DNA of 64,000 nucleotides from the NCBI GenBank assembly GCA_016432425.1, contig CP066688.1, forward strand, positions 446,211-510,210, in the 5' to 3' direction. Source of the DNA: Candidatus Daviesbacteria bacterium (GTDB lineage Bacteria; Patescibacteriota; Microgenomatia; Daviesbacterales; UBA10151). Shown here piece by piece: positions 46,867 through 57,915 of the stretch. Both the position numbers and the translations under genes were made by a program. Each line of letters opens with the position of its first letter. Positions within the stretch are counted from its first letter, which is position 1. Below the pieces are notes generated by a model, which saw only the letters and a program-made list of their open reading frames with translations, did no database searches and had not been told where the DNA came from.

Positions 46867-48060
46867 ATGGCAAAAACATACCACCTACAGAAACAAAAAC
46901 ACTATGCCCGAAACTACCAGGACCTGCGCAAAGGTTGGGACGATAATTTGGAGCCTTTAAAACCCCTGGATGTTAACAAAATCAAAAACTTTTCTGATAT
47001 GGCAGAGGCTATGTCCCAAACTGCTTTTGGAGGCAGAATTGTGGGGGAGGCCGTGGATACGCTGGTGGCCATGAATAAAGATAAAGCAGCATTCACGGTC
47101 ATGACAGTGGCCGGGGCCATGACTGTAGCCAAGATGGGCCTGTTGATTTGCGAGATGATCGATCGGGGTATGGTTCAGGCTTTGGTAGTGACAGGGGCTT
47201 TAATGGCCCATGGGTTGGCTGAGGCAGCCGGTATGACCCATTTTAAAGCTCCCCAGGACATGTCTGATGATGAAATGTATCTGGCCGGTTATGACCGGGT
47301 TTATGACACAGTAGAGTTGGAGAAAAACCTGGATGATACGGAGGAGATTTTATTTGAAATTTTAGAAGGAATTCCGGAAGAGAAAGTTTTATCCAGCAGG
47401 TTAATTACTGAAGAAATTGGTAAATATTTAGTTAAGAATTCAGTTCACCGGGGTGTTTTAAAAAGCGCTTATCTAAAAGGGGTACCGGTTTATGTCCCGG
47501 CCTTTACTGATTCTGAGTTAGGATTGGATTTAGGCATGTACAATCGGGCCCGAGTAAAAAAAGGTTTACCACCACGCCGCTATGATCCGTTAATTGACTT
47601 AGAACACTACACCAAACTGATTTGGCGCCAAAAGAAGCTGGGGATTTTTACTATTGGGGGAGGAGTACCCAGAAACTTCGCCCAACAAGTTGGCCCTTTT
47701 ACAGATTTAGTACATCAGCGAGGTTTGGACAGTCCAGAGGATACTGGCAAAAGGACTAATGGTAAAAAAACTTACCAACCGGTGATGTTTACTTATGGAC
47801 TAAGGATCTGTCCGGAGCCGGTTTACTGGGGTGGATTATCCGGCTGCACCTATTCAGAAGGGGTATCTTGGGGAAAATTTGTACCCGAAAAAATGGGAGG
47901 CAGATTTGCGGAAGTTCCCTCGGATGCTACTATTATCTGGCCTTTTATTTTAAAAGCTGCGCTGGAGAGATTAAAGGTTAAAGATATGAGAAAAAAGGTT
48001 AAGTCTGGGAAAAAAGTTATTAAAGAAATAGATGATCAAATAATGGTTAATTATAAATAA
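46867..48060 (+). CDS. Deoxyhypusine synthase-like protein (homospermidine/deoxyhypusine synthase family)
   Basis: IGGGVPRNFAQQ resembles the DHS GGGVPKNF motif; 397 aa; adjacent to agmatinase. Confidence 0.65.
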   Translation: MAKTYHLQKQKHYARNYQDLRKGWDDNLEPLKPLDVNKIKNFSDMAEAMSQTAFGGRIVGEAVDTLVAMNKDKAAFTVMTVAGAMTVAKMGLLICEMIDRGMVQALVVTGALMAHGLAEAAGMTHFKAPQDMSDDEMYLAGYDRVYDTVELEKNLDDTEEILFEILEGIPEEKVLSSRLITEEIGKYLVKNSVHRGVLKSAYLKGVPVYVPAFTDSELGLDLGMYNRARVKKGLPPRRYDPLIDLEHYTKLIWRQKKLGIFTIGGGVPRNFAQQVGPFTDLVHQRGLDSPEDTGKRTNGKKTYQPVMFTYGLRICPEPVYWGGLSGCTYSEGVSWGKFVPEKMGGRFAEVPSDATIIWPFILKAALERLKVKDMRKKVKSGKKVIKEIDDQIMVNYK

Positions 48061-48189
48061 TCCGGCTCGTCTAGCCGCAAAGTACAACTGCACCGTTTAC
48101 TTTGGCTGGTTTAGACTTCGTCGTCTCTGGAATTATTTCTGTAATAATGCGTAACCCAAAATTTTATGCCTGCTTTAGCAGGCTCAAGA

Positions 48190-49077
48190 TTATCTTATCT
48201 CTTTAATTAATGAATAACCAATAATCTTATATGCTAATTTGGCGGCCAGAAAGTTTGGGGCAGAAATTCCCGGCAAAGGAGACAGCTCTACAATATCCAG
48301 TCCCACCAAATTCCTTCTTTTGGCTACAGCTTTAATTAAGTCTAACACTTGATAAAACGATAACCCACCCGGTTCCGGAGTGCCGGTGGCAGACATGATG
48401 GCCGGATCCAGCCCATCCAGGTCAAAGCTAAGGTAGACATTTTGCTTTAAAGTTTTAAGGATTTTTTTCATGGGCAGATCCGGTGCATAGAAGATATATT
48501 TTTCTCTCTTGCTTTTCTTGATAAAACCCATTTCTTCCTCACTGACACTTCTAATTCCTACCTGGGTAACCGGTAATTTTAGGTCTCTGACCACCCGGCC
48601 CATTACACAGCCATGATGGAATCTGGTCCCTTCATACTCATCCCGCAAGTCAGTATGGGCATCAATTTGCAAAACCGATAAATTTTTAAATTTTTTGGCT
48701 GCCGCCCTAATGGGGCCCAAGGCAATAGAGTGTTCTCCTCCTAAGGTAACGGGGAATTTACCATCTGCAAACAGTTGAGAAACAACTTGGTCAATTTGTT
48801 CCACCACCTCTTCCGGGGAATTTTTAGAAGGAGCCAGTGGATCTAGGGTATAAATTCCTAGTTTAGAGGAAATGTCTAATTTAAGTTCCAGGTCAAAAAG
48901 TTCTAAATGGCGGGAGGCTTCAATGAGTGCCTGGGGGCCAAATTTAGTACCCGGGTTCCAATAAGTGGTAGAGGAGTAAGGGACAGGGAATATTATGGCC
49001 TTTGCTTTTTCATAAGTTTGATCTGTCAGTCCGGTAAAATTAAAAGGTTCACCAGCGTCAAATTTGGGTTGTTTCAT
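48190..49077 (-). CDS. Agmatinase/arginase family ureohydrolase
   Basis: Arginase-family metal-binding motifs GGEHSIALG, DAHTDL and SFDLDGLDP. Confidence 0.8.
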   Translation of the reverse strand: MKQPKFDAGEPFNFTGLTDQTYEKAKAIIFPVPYSSTTYWNPGTKFGPQALIEASRHLELFDLELKLDISSKLGIYTLDPLAPSKNSPEEVVEQIDQVVSQLFADGKFPVTLGGEHSIALGPIRAAAKKFKNLSVLQIDAHTDLRDEYEGTRFHHGCVMGRVVRDLKLPVTQVGIRSVSEEEMGFIKKSKREKYIFYAPDLPMKKILKTLKQNVYLSFDLDGLDPAIMSATGTPEPGGLSFYQVLDLIKAVAKRRNLVGLDIVELSPLPGISAPNFLAAKLAYKIIGYSLIKEIR

Positions 49078-49284
49078 GAAGCTATTATATTAGATATATT
49101 GAGGTTGACAATAGGCTAATCATTTGTTAAACTCTGTCCAGTGTTTAATCAGATGAGAAGCAACGCACCATTAACTTAACTCTTTGCGCGCTGAGGGTCT
49201 TCCTGGTGCGGAAGATAAAAAGCCTTAGCGTTGTATCCCTCAATTAAATTTTTAAAATAATATTGGATTTCTGGAAAGTGAATC

Positions 49285-49356
49285 GGGCCCGTAGTTCACT
49301 GGTAGAACGTGTCATTTGCAATGACAATGTAGGAGGTTCGATTCCTCTCGGGTCCA
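49285..49356 (+). tRNA. tRNA-Ala (TGC)
   Basis: Acceptor GGGCCCG/CGGGTCC with the G3:U70 alanine identity pair; anticodon loop TTTGCAA (anticodon TGC); T-loop TTCGATT. Confidence 0.85.
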
Positions 49357-49682
49357 CATTAGGTAGGGAATAGTTAATTAGCGTATAGCGTATAGTTAGA
49401 TTTCTTTAACTAAACGCTAAACGCTAGCGAACTAAACGCTAGTTAATTTGCACTTTGAAATGTGAATACGTATATTTTGGACTTTTTAGGCCTACCGCAG
49501 ATTTGTTTATGTAGTTTGTCAACGAAAAAGTCCATTTCGGCCGCTTGGGTCGTAGTGGACAATTTGGCAGAAAACGTAAATTAACAGATTTAGGTACGTG
49601 CCAAATTAGTCCAAAGAATTGAGAAGGCCAAATTAAACCCCGATTTAATCGGGGTTCATGAGCCAAAAATACTCAATACTTC

Positions 49683-49702
49683 GATTTCACTCAGTATTGT
49701 AC
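49683..49702 (+). promoter_or_regulatory. 23S rRNA 5' processing-stem strand
   Basis: cgatttcactcagtattg is the reverse complement of caatactgagtgaaatcg at ~55133-55150, 3' of the 23S. Confidence 0.65.
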
Positions 49703-50205
49703 TGAGCGTAAATTGAATGTACAACATTAATGCATACGGTGGATGCCTTGGTCGAAAGTACCGATGAAGGACGCACTTGACCGCGATAGTCTGCGAGGAG
49801 CTGCCAAGAAGCTTTGATCCGCAGGTTTCCGAATGGGATAACCCCTCCTTTTTTGGGGGATCCTGTCATGAATACATAGTGGCAGGAAGGGCACGCACTG
49901 AACTGAAACATCTAAGTAAGTGCAGGAAAAGAAATCAACAGAGATTCCCCAAGTAGCGGCGAGCGAAACGGGAACAGCCTAAAGTTATTTGCGCTTCGCG
50001 CAAGTGAAGACAAATAACGGGTAGTGGGGTCTGTAATATGGTATCAGATGAGGATAGCTGAAATGTCTGGAAAGATATGCCAAAGAACATGATAGCTGTG
50101 TAAGCAAAATTCAAATCTGGCCTAACGGATACCCGAGTAACTCAGGACACGTGTAATCCTGGGCGAATCTGTGGCGACCATGCCATAAGGCTAAATATAC
50201 TTTCG

Positions 50206-50245
<40 letters not shown>

Positions 50246-50841
50246 AAGGGCGAGATGCCCTGTGAAATAGTACCTGAAACCGTATGCTGACAAGCAGTGG
50301 GAGCTGGAGGCTAGATGTTGGACGTTAGAAGCTGGAAAATATCTAGCATCTAATTTCTAACTTCTAGCTTCTAGTAACCGCGTGCCTATTGAAGAATGAA
50401 CCGGTGAGTTATCGTTATTTTCAAGTCTAAGCAAGTTTACTTGTGCAGGCGCAGTGAAAGCGAGGGTTAATAGCCCGCATGCCCTGAGTTTATCGAAGGG
50501 TAAGAAGATGACGTTAGACCCGAAACCGAGTGAGCTAACCATGTCCAGGGTGAACCCGCCTTAATCGGCGTGGGGAGGCCCGAACCCGTATCTGGATCAA
50601 AAGGTTGGGATGAGGTGTGGTTAGGGGTGATATGCCTAACGAACTCGGAGATATAGGGGTAGAGCACTGGATGGTCTTTCCGCCGCAAGGCGGGAGATCA
50701 ACCAAACTCCGAATACTACTGCGATTATCTTGAGGAGTCAGTCCGATCCGGCTAAGCGGAGCGGGCCTAAGGGAAACATCCCAGATCAATAGCTAAGGTC
50801 CCTAAAACAGGTTAAGTGTTAAAGGTAGTCTTGATCCTTAT

Positions 50842-50898
<57 letters not shown>

Positions 50899-51776
50899 TG
50901 GTCTACTACGGATTGGGGCGCCGACAATGTATCGGGGCTCAAACCTGTTACCGAAGCTTTGGGGGTGCACCATATGGTGCACCCGGTAGAGGAGCGTCCG
51001 CCAAACAGTGAAGGTGAGTTGTAAGACTTGCTGGAGATTGGCGGAGTGAGAATGCCGGTATGAGTAGCGTATTGATGTGAAAAACATCATCGCCGTAAGC
51101 CCAAGGTTTTCCACGCAACGTTAATCGGCGTGGAGTTAGTCGATCCTAAGGTCAGGCCAAATGGCGTAGCCGATGGACAACAGGTTAAAATTCCTGTACT
51201 TTTGTTTTCTGTCAAAGACTTCAAGGGTTGACGGAGTGGGAAAATTTTCTACCCTGAGTGAGGAGCGTCAGCTCCGAATCGAAGGGTCTAAGCAACAAGT
51301 TAGTGGAGGCAGGCAAATCTACCTCCATGTGTCATCAGTTTCTCTTGAGCAATCGAGCGAGCTGGTGGCTTTAAAAAATACGAGTTGTTATGGCGTAAGA
51401 GAAGATTTTTCTGTTTCCAAGAAAAGACTCGTGAAGGAGAAAATGAAATTCGTACCAAAACCGACACAGGTGGGTAGATTGAGTATATTAAGGCGATCGG
51501 GAGAACTATCCTTAAGGAACTCGGCAAAATAGCTGGACGTAACTTATTGGAGATGTCCTGTCTTTCATCGCAAGATGGAGGACCTCAGTTAATGACGCTA
51601 AGCGACTGTTTATCAAAAACACAGCTCCCTGCTAAATCGAAAGATGATGTATAGGGGGTGACACCTGCCCAGTGCCAGTAATTTAACACTTCAGTTGATC
51701 CCTTTCCGCAAGGTCAGGAGGAGGTTGGGGTCTAAGATCTGGTGAACGGCAGCAGTAACTATAACTGTTCTATGGT

Positions 51777-52533
51777 GAGATTCGTTGCCTTAGAAGTAAA
51801 AATCCGTGAAAGCGGATGGTGTGTTTTTGAAATTCTGCTATATGCTGGAAACTCTGTAGTATCCTAAGCTAGTTATTGATTTTTGGTAAAATTTCGGGTA
51901 ATACTGAAATAATGTCTAATTTGATAACTAATAATGTTCTAGGTGCAGACAATCAGCAGGAAAGACTAGTGGAAATTGGTTGGATAGTTGGTTTTGTAGA
52001 TGGAGAAGGTTGCTTTTCAACTGGAATTGTTCAACAAAATGATCGTCCCGGAAGAAAAGGATACAAACTTCGTTATCAAGTATTCTATGAATTTGCAGTA
52101 ACTCAAGGAGCAAAAAGTATTGATTCTCTTGAGAAAATACACAAATACTTTGGAGTAGGTAGCGTAGTAATTAATAGACGATATGATAATCATAAAGAGC
52201 ATTTATATCGTTATATTGTTAGAAAGAAGGAAGATTTGTTGAATGTAATAATTCCTTTCTTCCAAAAGTATCATTTGCAATCTTCTAAGCAAAAAGATTT
52301 CGAAAAGTTTGTCCAAATTGTTAGTCTAGTTGATCAAAAAAGGCATCTAGAAGCGGATGGATTAATCGAAATATTAAAAATTGCTGAAACCATGAACCGA
52401 CAAAAATCCCGCCAAGATCTAATTAGAATCCTCAGAGACTAATACGCAGAAGTCCAATGAAAATTGGACAAGATAGAGTCCGAACTTTATGGCGACATAA
52501 AGAGTCTAGGTTTATCCTAGGAATAACATTTTT
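51777..52533 (+). mobile_element. 23S group I intron 1 (insertion near E. coli ~1923, GGT|AGCGAAATTCC)
   Basis: Exon 1 ends ...ataactgttctatggt and exon 2 resumes aagcgaaattccttgtc; the ~757-nt insert contains a LAGLIDADG ORF. Boundary uncertain by 2-3 nt. Confidence 0.6.
51876..52442 (+). CDS. LAGLIDADG homing endonuclease (intron-encoded)
   Basis: IVGFVDGEGCF LAGLIDADG motif; 188 aa inside intron 1. Confidence 0.8.
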   Translation: MIFGKISGNTEIMSNLITNNVLGADNQQERLVEIGWIVGFVDGEGCFSTGIVQQNDRPGRKGYKLRYQVFYEFAVTQGAKSIDSLEKIHKYFGVGSVVINRRYDNHKEHLYRYIVRKKEDLLNVIIPFFQKYHLQSSKQKDFEKFVQIVSLVDQKRHLEADGLIEILKIAETMNRQKSRQDLIRILRD

Positions 52534-52654
52534 AAGCGAAATTCCTTGTCTGGTGAGTTCAGACCCGCACGAAAGGTAGAACGACTTAGCGACTGTCTTG
52601 AGGATAGACCCGGCGAAATTGCAATGGCTGTGAAGATGCGGCCTTCCCATACTT

Positions 52655-52690
<36 letters not shown>

Positions 52691-53042
52691 ACTCTGATTT
52701 AAAAGTTAAATTGTGTAGCGTAGGAGGGATCCTGAGAGCAATCGAAGGAAACAATGAAACACCTCTCTTTTTAAGTTTTAAGTCTCACCATGGGCCCTAG
52801 AAAAACGGGCCATGGGACCAAGTCTGGCGGGCAGTTTTACTGGGGCGGTACCCTCCAAAAAAGTAACGGAGGGGTACAAAGGTACACTTGTCTCGAATGG
52901 AAACCGAGACTGAAGCGTAAAGGTATACAGTGTGCTTGACTGCGAGAGGTACATCTCGAGCAGGGACGAAAGTCGGTCTTAATGATCCTCACGTAGCTTA
53001 TGGGAGCGCGTGGGCTTAACGGATAAAAGCTACCCCGGGGAT

Positions 53043-53924
53043 ACAAATGTGTCCTGTCCCGATATATAATGAAATCGGGACGATAATGTGGCTAATAACG
53101 GTGAAACCTATCAATTGGTGGTTTGGTCTTACCAAATGCATCGAGACAATTAGTAGGCAATACCGTGGGAAGTCGAAGGTATGGACAAGATACAAAAGGC
53201 AATAGTTATTGGAACTATTTTAGGAGACGGTTTTTTGCAAAAAACTGGCAAAAATAATGCTCGTTTAAGGCTAGAACATAGTTTAAAACAGCAGGATTAT
53301 CTTCTCTGGAAGTGTCAAATTTTAAATAATTTCTTTCAGAAAAAGCCAAAGATTTTAACAAGAACCAATCTGAAATTTGGTAAAAGTTACCAATATATCA
53401 GAAACCAATCCTATTCTGGTTTGGAGTTTGGAAAACTACATCAACTTTTTTATGTTGATGGTAAAAGGGTTGTCCCAAATGAGATATCCAAACTTCTCAA
53501 AAATCCAATGAGTTTGGCTGTTTGGTTTATGGATGATGGGTATTACTACTTTAGAGATAAAATAGCTTATATCTATTTACCTGAACTAGACTCGGATTCA
53601 ATAAATAACTTATTAATTGCTTTGCGAATGAATTATGGTTTATCTCCTCAACTAAAAATTAAAAAAAGAGGGGAATATGTTTTAAACTTTAGCGTAAAAG
53701 ATACAGCAAAGTTAATTCAAATAATTAAACCATATATCATAAAATCTATGTCCTACAAATTACCTTTTGACCCCGTATCGACTGAACCTAGTAGCAAAGA
53801 GTAAATATCATTTATTCTTGGGTGAGATGTGAGGTTAAATCTTGCATCATATGCCGCACTCCAGCACCAAATTGGTGTTGGATGAAGATATAGTCAGTAC
53901 TAACAGTGATGTTAGATTTTTATG
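53043..53924 (+). mobile_element. 23S group I intron 2 (insertion in CCCCGGGGAT|AACAGGCT, E. coli ~2449)
   Basis: Removing 53043-53924 restores CCCCGGGGATAACAGGCT exactly. The upstream exon ends in U and the insert ends in G. Confidence 0.7.
53181..53804 (+). CDS. Double-motif LAGLIDADG homing endonuclease (intron-encoded)
   Basis: Motifs IIGTILGDGFLQ and VWFMDDGYYY; 207 aa inside intron 2. Confidence 0.8.
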   Translation: MDKIQKAIVIGTILGDGFLQKTGKNNARLRLEHSLKQQDYLLWKCQILNNFFQKKPKILTRTNLKFGKSYQYIRNQSYSGLEFGKLHQLFYVDGKRVVPNEISKLLKNPMSLAVWFMDDGYYYFRDKIAYIYLPELDSDSINNLLIALRMNYGLSPQLKIKKRGEYVLNFSVKDTAKLIQIIKPYIIKSMSYKLPFDPVSTEPSSKE

Positions 53925-54068
53925 AACAGGCTAGTCTTGCCCTACAGTCCACAAGGACGGCAAGGTTCGGCACCTCGATGTCGGCTCATCGCATCCTCCT
54001 GCTGAAGTAGGTGGGAAGGGTCGGGCTGTTCGCCCGTTAAAGCGGTACGCGAGCTGGGTTCAAACCGT

Positions 54069-54792
54069 TTAGTAGTTGAGAATTTTTCGACTATTGAACA
54101 GTTTGAACCCGAGGTTTAAGACATCAAAATTACGGCGGCGCAGTACAGCAATGTATTGTGTAAAGCTGATTCATATCGGTGAAATCCTGATGTAAGGTTG
54201 CATAGCAACCTGTCATATGTTAGGATAATACCGAGGGAAATTGTCCATGGTTAAATTACTTTCTGAAGTTAAAAAAGCTTACATAGCAGGTTTTTTGGAT
54301 GGAGATGGAAGTATTTATGTTAGAGCAAAACCTAACTCTGATTACAGATTTGGTTTTCAAATTGCTCCCTACATAATTTTATTTCAATCTTCCAAAGAAA
54401 AAGAGAAATTTACAGAGCTTTGTAAGTTAATTGGTTTTGGGTATATGAGAGAAAGAAAAGATGGAGTTTTAGAATATACTATCAATAAGATAGCAGATAT
54501 TCGAGAATTCTTGAAAGCAATATATCCATTTTCTATTTTAAAGAAAAGACAGATAGAATTAATGTTAAAAATTCTGGATGCCAAGGAAAAAATAGAATCA
54601 GAGAGTGATTTTCAAGCTCTTTTAGAATTAGTTGATTCGTATAGAAGCTTAAATTATTCTAAAAAGAGAATTAACCGTGTATTAACCCCGTAGAGACTAC
54701 AAATCAGCCATCCTGAGCGAAGTCGAAGGATGAAAGTATAGTCCATGCCTTTAGAATAAGCAGAGCTTTTCTGCGAATAGAGGAATTACATG
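54069..54792 (+). mobile_element. 23S group I intron 3 (insertion in GGGTTCAAACCGT|CGTAAGACAGG, E. coli ~2593)
   Basis: Exon junction matches the conserved GGGTTTAGAACGTCGTGAGACAG block. The insert ends ttacatg (terminal G) and shares 3' blocks with the 16S intron. Confidence 0.7.
54241..54693 (+). CDS. LAGLIDADG homing endonuclease (intron-encoded)
   Basis: IAGFLDGDGSIYV LAGLIDADG motif; 150 aa inside intron 3. Confidence 0.8.
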   Translation: MSMVKLLSEVKKAYIAGFLDGDGSIYVRAKPNSDYRFGFQIAPYIILFQSSKEKEKFTELCKLIGFGYMRERKDGVLEYTINKIADIREFLKAIYPFSILKKRQIELMLKILDAKEKIESESDFQALLELVDSYRSLNYSKKRINRVLTP

Positions 54793-55261
54793 CGTAAGAC
54801 AGGTTGGTCTCTATCCAGTATGGGCGTTTTGATTCTTGAGGGGAGTTGTCTCTAGTACGAGAGGACCGAGATGAGGAAACCTCTAGTGTGCCTGTTGTAC
54901 CAAAAGTGCAGCGCAGGGTAGCTACGTTTCTAACTGATAAGTGCTGAAAGCATCTAAGCACGAAGCAGGCCCCAAGATAAGGAATCTTTAAGATCCCTGG
55001 AAGACTACCAGGTCCCGCAAGGGAATCCTGAGAGCAATCGAAGGATTGATAGGTTGGCGGTGTAAGTGCTGTAAGGTATTTAGCCTACCAATACTAATGA
55101 TCGTTGTTGATACATTCGACTAATGCTCAGTGTCAATACTGAGTGAAATCGAATGTATTGAGATTTTTTGACTCACAGCCTTCTTTTAAAATACGTATTC
55201 ACATTTCAGGGCGCAAAATTAGTCAAATTTGACTTATCATCCTTATTTGTTTTATACTAAA

Positions 55262-55378
55262 AGCCTCGGTGGTTGGAGCGGTAAGGTTCCACCTGATTCC
55301 ATCCCGAACTCAGTAGTGAAACTTACCAGCGGGGACGATAATGCATCCGCAAGGTTGCGTGAAAATACCTCACTGCCG
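55262..55378 (+). rRNA. 5S ribosomal RNA (3' half divergent)
   Basis: ccacctgattccatcccgaactcagtagtgaaac matches the universally conserved 5S helix II/III-loop C region. I could not pair the termini convincingly, so the ends are approximate. Confidence 0.5.
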
Positions 55379-55405
55379 GATTTTTAGAAAGACAGGTGAA
55401 AATGT

Positions 55406-56518
55406 TTGGCAAAAGCAACTTCTAATTCAAAAATACTCTCTATGGAGGATCTTTTATCCTCCGTTAAACCAATTTTCTTCTCCCGTGGCCAAGAAATTAC
55501 CGGCCAAATCATGGTTAAAACTGACCGGGAAGCAGTTTTAGATTTAAATGGTAAGTCCGATGGAATCATTTCCAGCAGAGATTTTAGTAGTGAAGCTTTT
55601 GCTAAATTAAAAGTGGGAGATGTTGTCTCCGGCTTTGTGGTAGGGGAAAATGATTCAGGTCAAATCCAACTTAGCACCTCTCCTAAAAGTGCGCCTGCCA
55701 GACGTTCTCGTGGTGGTGGCAGTATCTCTTGGGACCACTTTATCCAAGCTAAAAACCAACAAACTCCCCTTAATGCCAAAGTTATAGAGGTTAACAAGGG
55801 TGGGTTAATGTTGGAAGTAGCAGGGGTGAGGGGGTTTTTACCCAGCTCTCTAATTGGTTACCATCTTATTCATCAAGTTGACCAAAATGGGCTATCCGGT
55901 AAAGAAACTACTGTCTTAGTTTCGGAGATAGATGAGGATAGTAATAGATTAATCTTTACACAAAAAGACTTGTTAGGGGAAGATATAAAACAAATATTGG
56001 ATAAAATAAGTATGCAAAAAGAAATCACTGCTAAAGTTTTAACTGTTTTGCCTTTTGCTGCAGTTGTAGAGATGGAAAAAGGGGTTAATGGAGTAGTTTT
56101 TAGCAGCGAAGCTAGTTGGGAGGGAACAAATTTGGCAACTTTATTAACAGCCGGCCAGGAAGTTAAAGCCAAAATAATCTCCATAGATAAAGATTTGGGC
56201 AGGGTGAGTTTAAGTGTTAAACAGCTGCAAAAAAATCCCTTTGATGAGGTGGCAGAGAAATTACAGCCTGATGATGTAGTTAAGGCCATGGTCACGCAGA
56301 TTAATGACCAGGGAGTAAACTTTGAATTAAAAGATCCCTCGAGCGAACTCGGGACAGGTGGGATAGTTGGATTTATGGAAAATAGTAAAAAAGAGGCTGG
56401 GGTAAGCTATGAAGTGGGACAAAGCGTGCAGGTCCTGGTAGATTCAGTGGATAAAAGAAGGCAAAGAGTCAATTTAGCTCCGTTTATTACTACCACTAAG
56501 GGATTGATCTATAAATAA
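55406..56518 (+). CDS. S1-domain RNA-binding protein (ribosomal protein S1-like, multiple S1 repeats)
   Basis: Repeated S1-like segments (GQEITGQIMVKTDREAVLDLNGKSDGIISSRDFS; VGDVVSGFVVGEN...; AKVIEVNKGGLMLEV; AKVLTVLPFAAVVEM; AKIISIDKDLGRVSLS). Position after the 5S; the true start may be further downstream. Confidence 0.65.
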   Translation: MAKATSNSKILSMEDLLSSVKPIFFSRGQEITGQIMVKTDREAVLDLNGKSDGIISSRDFSSEAFAKLKVGDVVSGFVVGENDSGQIQLSTSPKSAPARRSRGGGSISWDHFIQAKNQQTPLNAKVIEVNKGGLMLEVAGVRGFLPSSLIGYHLIHQVDQNGLSGKETTVLVSEIDEDSNRLIFTQKDLLGEDIKQILDKISMQKEITAKVLTVLPFAAVVEMEKGVNGVVFSSEASWEGTNLATLLTAGQEVKAKIISIDKDLGRVSLSVKQLQKNPFDEVAEKLQPDDVVKAMVTQINDQGVNFELKDPSSELGTGGIVGFMENSKKEAGVSYEVGQSVQVLVDSVDKRRQRVNLAPFITTTKGLIYK

Positions 56519-56549
56519 TTGATCTATAAATAATTGATATAATACCCTC

Positions 56550-57842
56550 ATGCCAAGGTTAACTTCAGTCTACATTTGCCAGCAATGTGGTTATCAATCT
56601 TCCCAATATCTAGGCCGCTGTCCTAATTGCGATTCCTGGAACTCTTTTGTAGAAGAAGTAGAAGAAGTAGTCAGTAGCAGGCAGCAAGCAGTAAATAAAG
56701 CGGCAGAGATTGTCAATTTGGCGGAGTTTGATGACAAGGGTTATGAACGGATTTCTACCAAAATGGAAGAGTTTGACCGGGTATTGGGGGGAGGAGTAGT
56801 CAAAGGTTCTCTGGTCCTGGTGGCAGGAGAGCCGGGAGTGGGTAAGTCCACCTTATTAACTCATTTAAGCATTAATATTCCTAATACTTTATATGTGGCC
56901 GGAGAGGAATCTCCCAGCCAGATTAAACTCAGGGTGAACAGGATTAACCCCAAGGCTCAACTTTTCATCTTAAATGAAACAGACGTAGATGTTATTATTG
57001 GAGCAATTAAACAATTTCAGCCCGGTTTGGTGATTATTGACTCCATCCAGGTTCTACAAACCACTGATTTATCCTCGGTGGCAGGCTCGGTGGGACAGGT
57101 ACGAGAGTGTGCCTATCGTTTGCAACGCCTGGCTAAAGAAAGCCACATCCCCATTTTCTTGGTCGGCCATGTGACTAAAGAAGGGACAGTGGCCGGTCCC
57201 AAAACCCTGGAACATTTGGTGGATGTGGTTTTAAGCCTGGAAGGGGATCAAACCAGCCAATTTAGGATTTTAAGGGGCAATAAAAACCGTTTTGGACCCA
57301 CAGATGAGGTAGGGATTTTTGAAATGGCTGAGAGAGGTATGGACGAGGTTAAAAATCCTTCTAGGTTATTTTTGGAAAGTAAGCAAAATTCTCCTGGCTC
57401 AGCTGTAACTGCCATTATTACGGGACTCCGCCCACTACTGGTGGAAATTCAGGCCTTGGTAGTTAAAACTTCCTTAAGCTTTGGGCGGCGGGTAGCTTTG
57501 GGGATTGATAATAACCGTCTGCAGCTTTTGGTGGCTGTTTTGCAAAAAAGATTAAATTTACCGCTGTTCCAATATGATATTTTTGTTAATGTGACAGGGG
57601 GACTGCGGATCAATGAGCCGGCTGCTGATTTGGCCATTATTTTAGCTCTAGCATCTTCTTTCAAAGATAAAATCATACCAGCTAAGACTGTTTTTATTGG
57701 AGAAGTCGGGTTACTGGGGGAAATTAGATCAGTCAAAGCCTTGGAAAAAAGGATCACCGAGGCTAAAAAGTTGGGGTATACCCGGGTAATTAGTTCTAAA
57801 AATACCCAAAATATCTCAGAAATTATTAAAAAAATCAGCTAA
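56550..57842 (+). CDS. radA: DNA repair protein RadA/Sms
   Basis: N-terminal C4 zinc finger (CQQCGYQSSQYLGRCPNCDSW), Walker A GEPGVGKST, KNRFG motif and a Lon-protease-like C-terminal domain. Confidence 0.9.
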   Translation: MPRLTSVYICQQCGYQSSQYLGRCPNCDSWNSFVEEVEEVVSSRQQAVNKAAEIVNLAEFDDKGYERISTKMEEFDRVLGGGVVKGSLVLVAGEPGVGKSTLLTHLSINIPNTLYVAGEESPSQIKLRVNRINPKAQLFILNETDVDVIIGAIKQFQPGLVIIDSIQVLQTTDLSSVAGSVGQVRECAYRLQRLAKESHIPIFLVGHVTKEGTVAGPKTLEHLVDVVLSLEGDQTSQFRILRGNKNRFGPTDEVGIFEMAERGMDEVKNPSRLFLESKQNSPGSAVTAIITGLRPLLVEIQALVVKTSLSFGRRVALGIDNNRLQLLVAVLQKRLNLPLFQYDIFVNVTGGLRINEPAADLAIILALASSFKDKIIPAKTVFIGEVGLLGEIRSVKALEKRITEAKKLGYTRVISSKNTQNISEIIKKIS

Positions 57843-57915
57843 TTATTAAAACCCGAAGGCAAACCCGAACATCCACTGGTTATCCACAAAATAGAGCTGT
57901 GGGAACTATTATCTC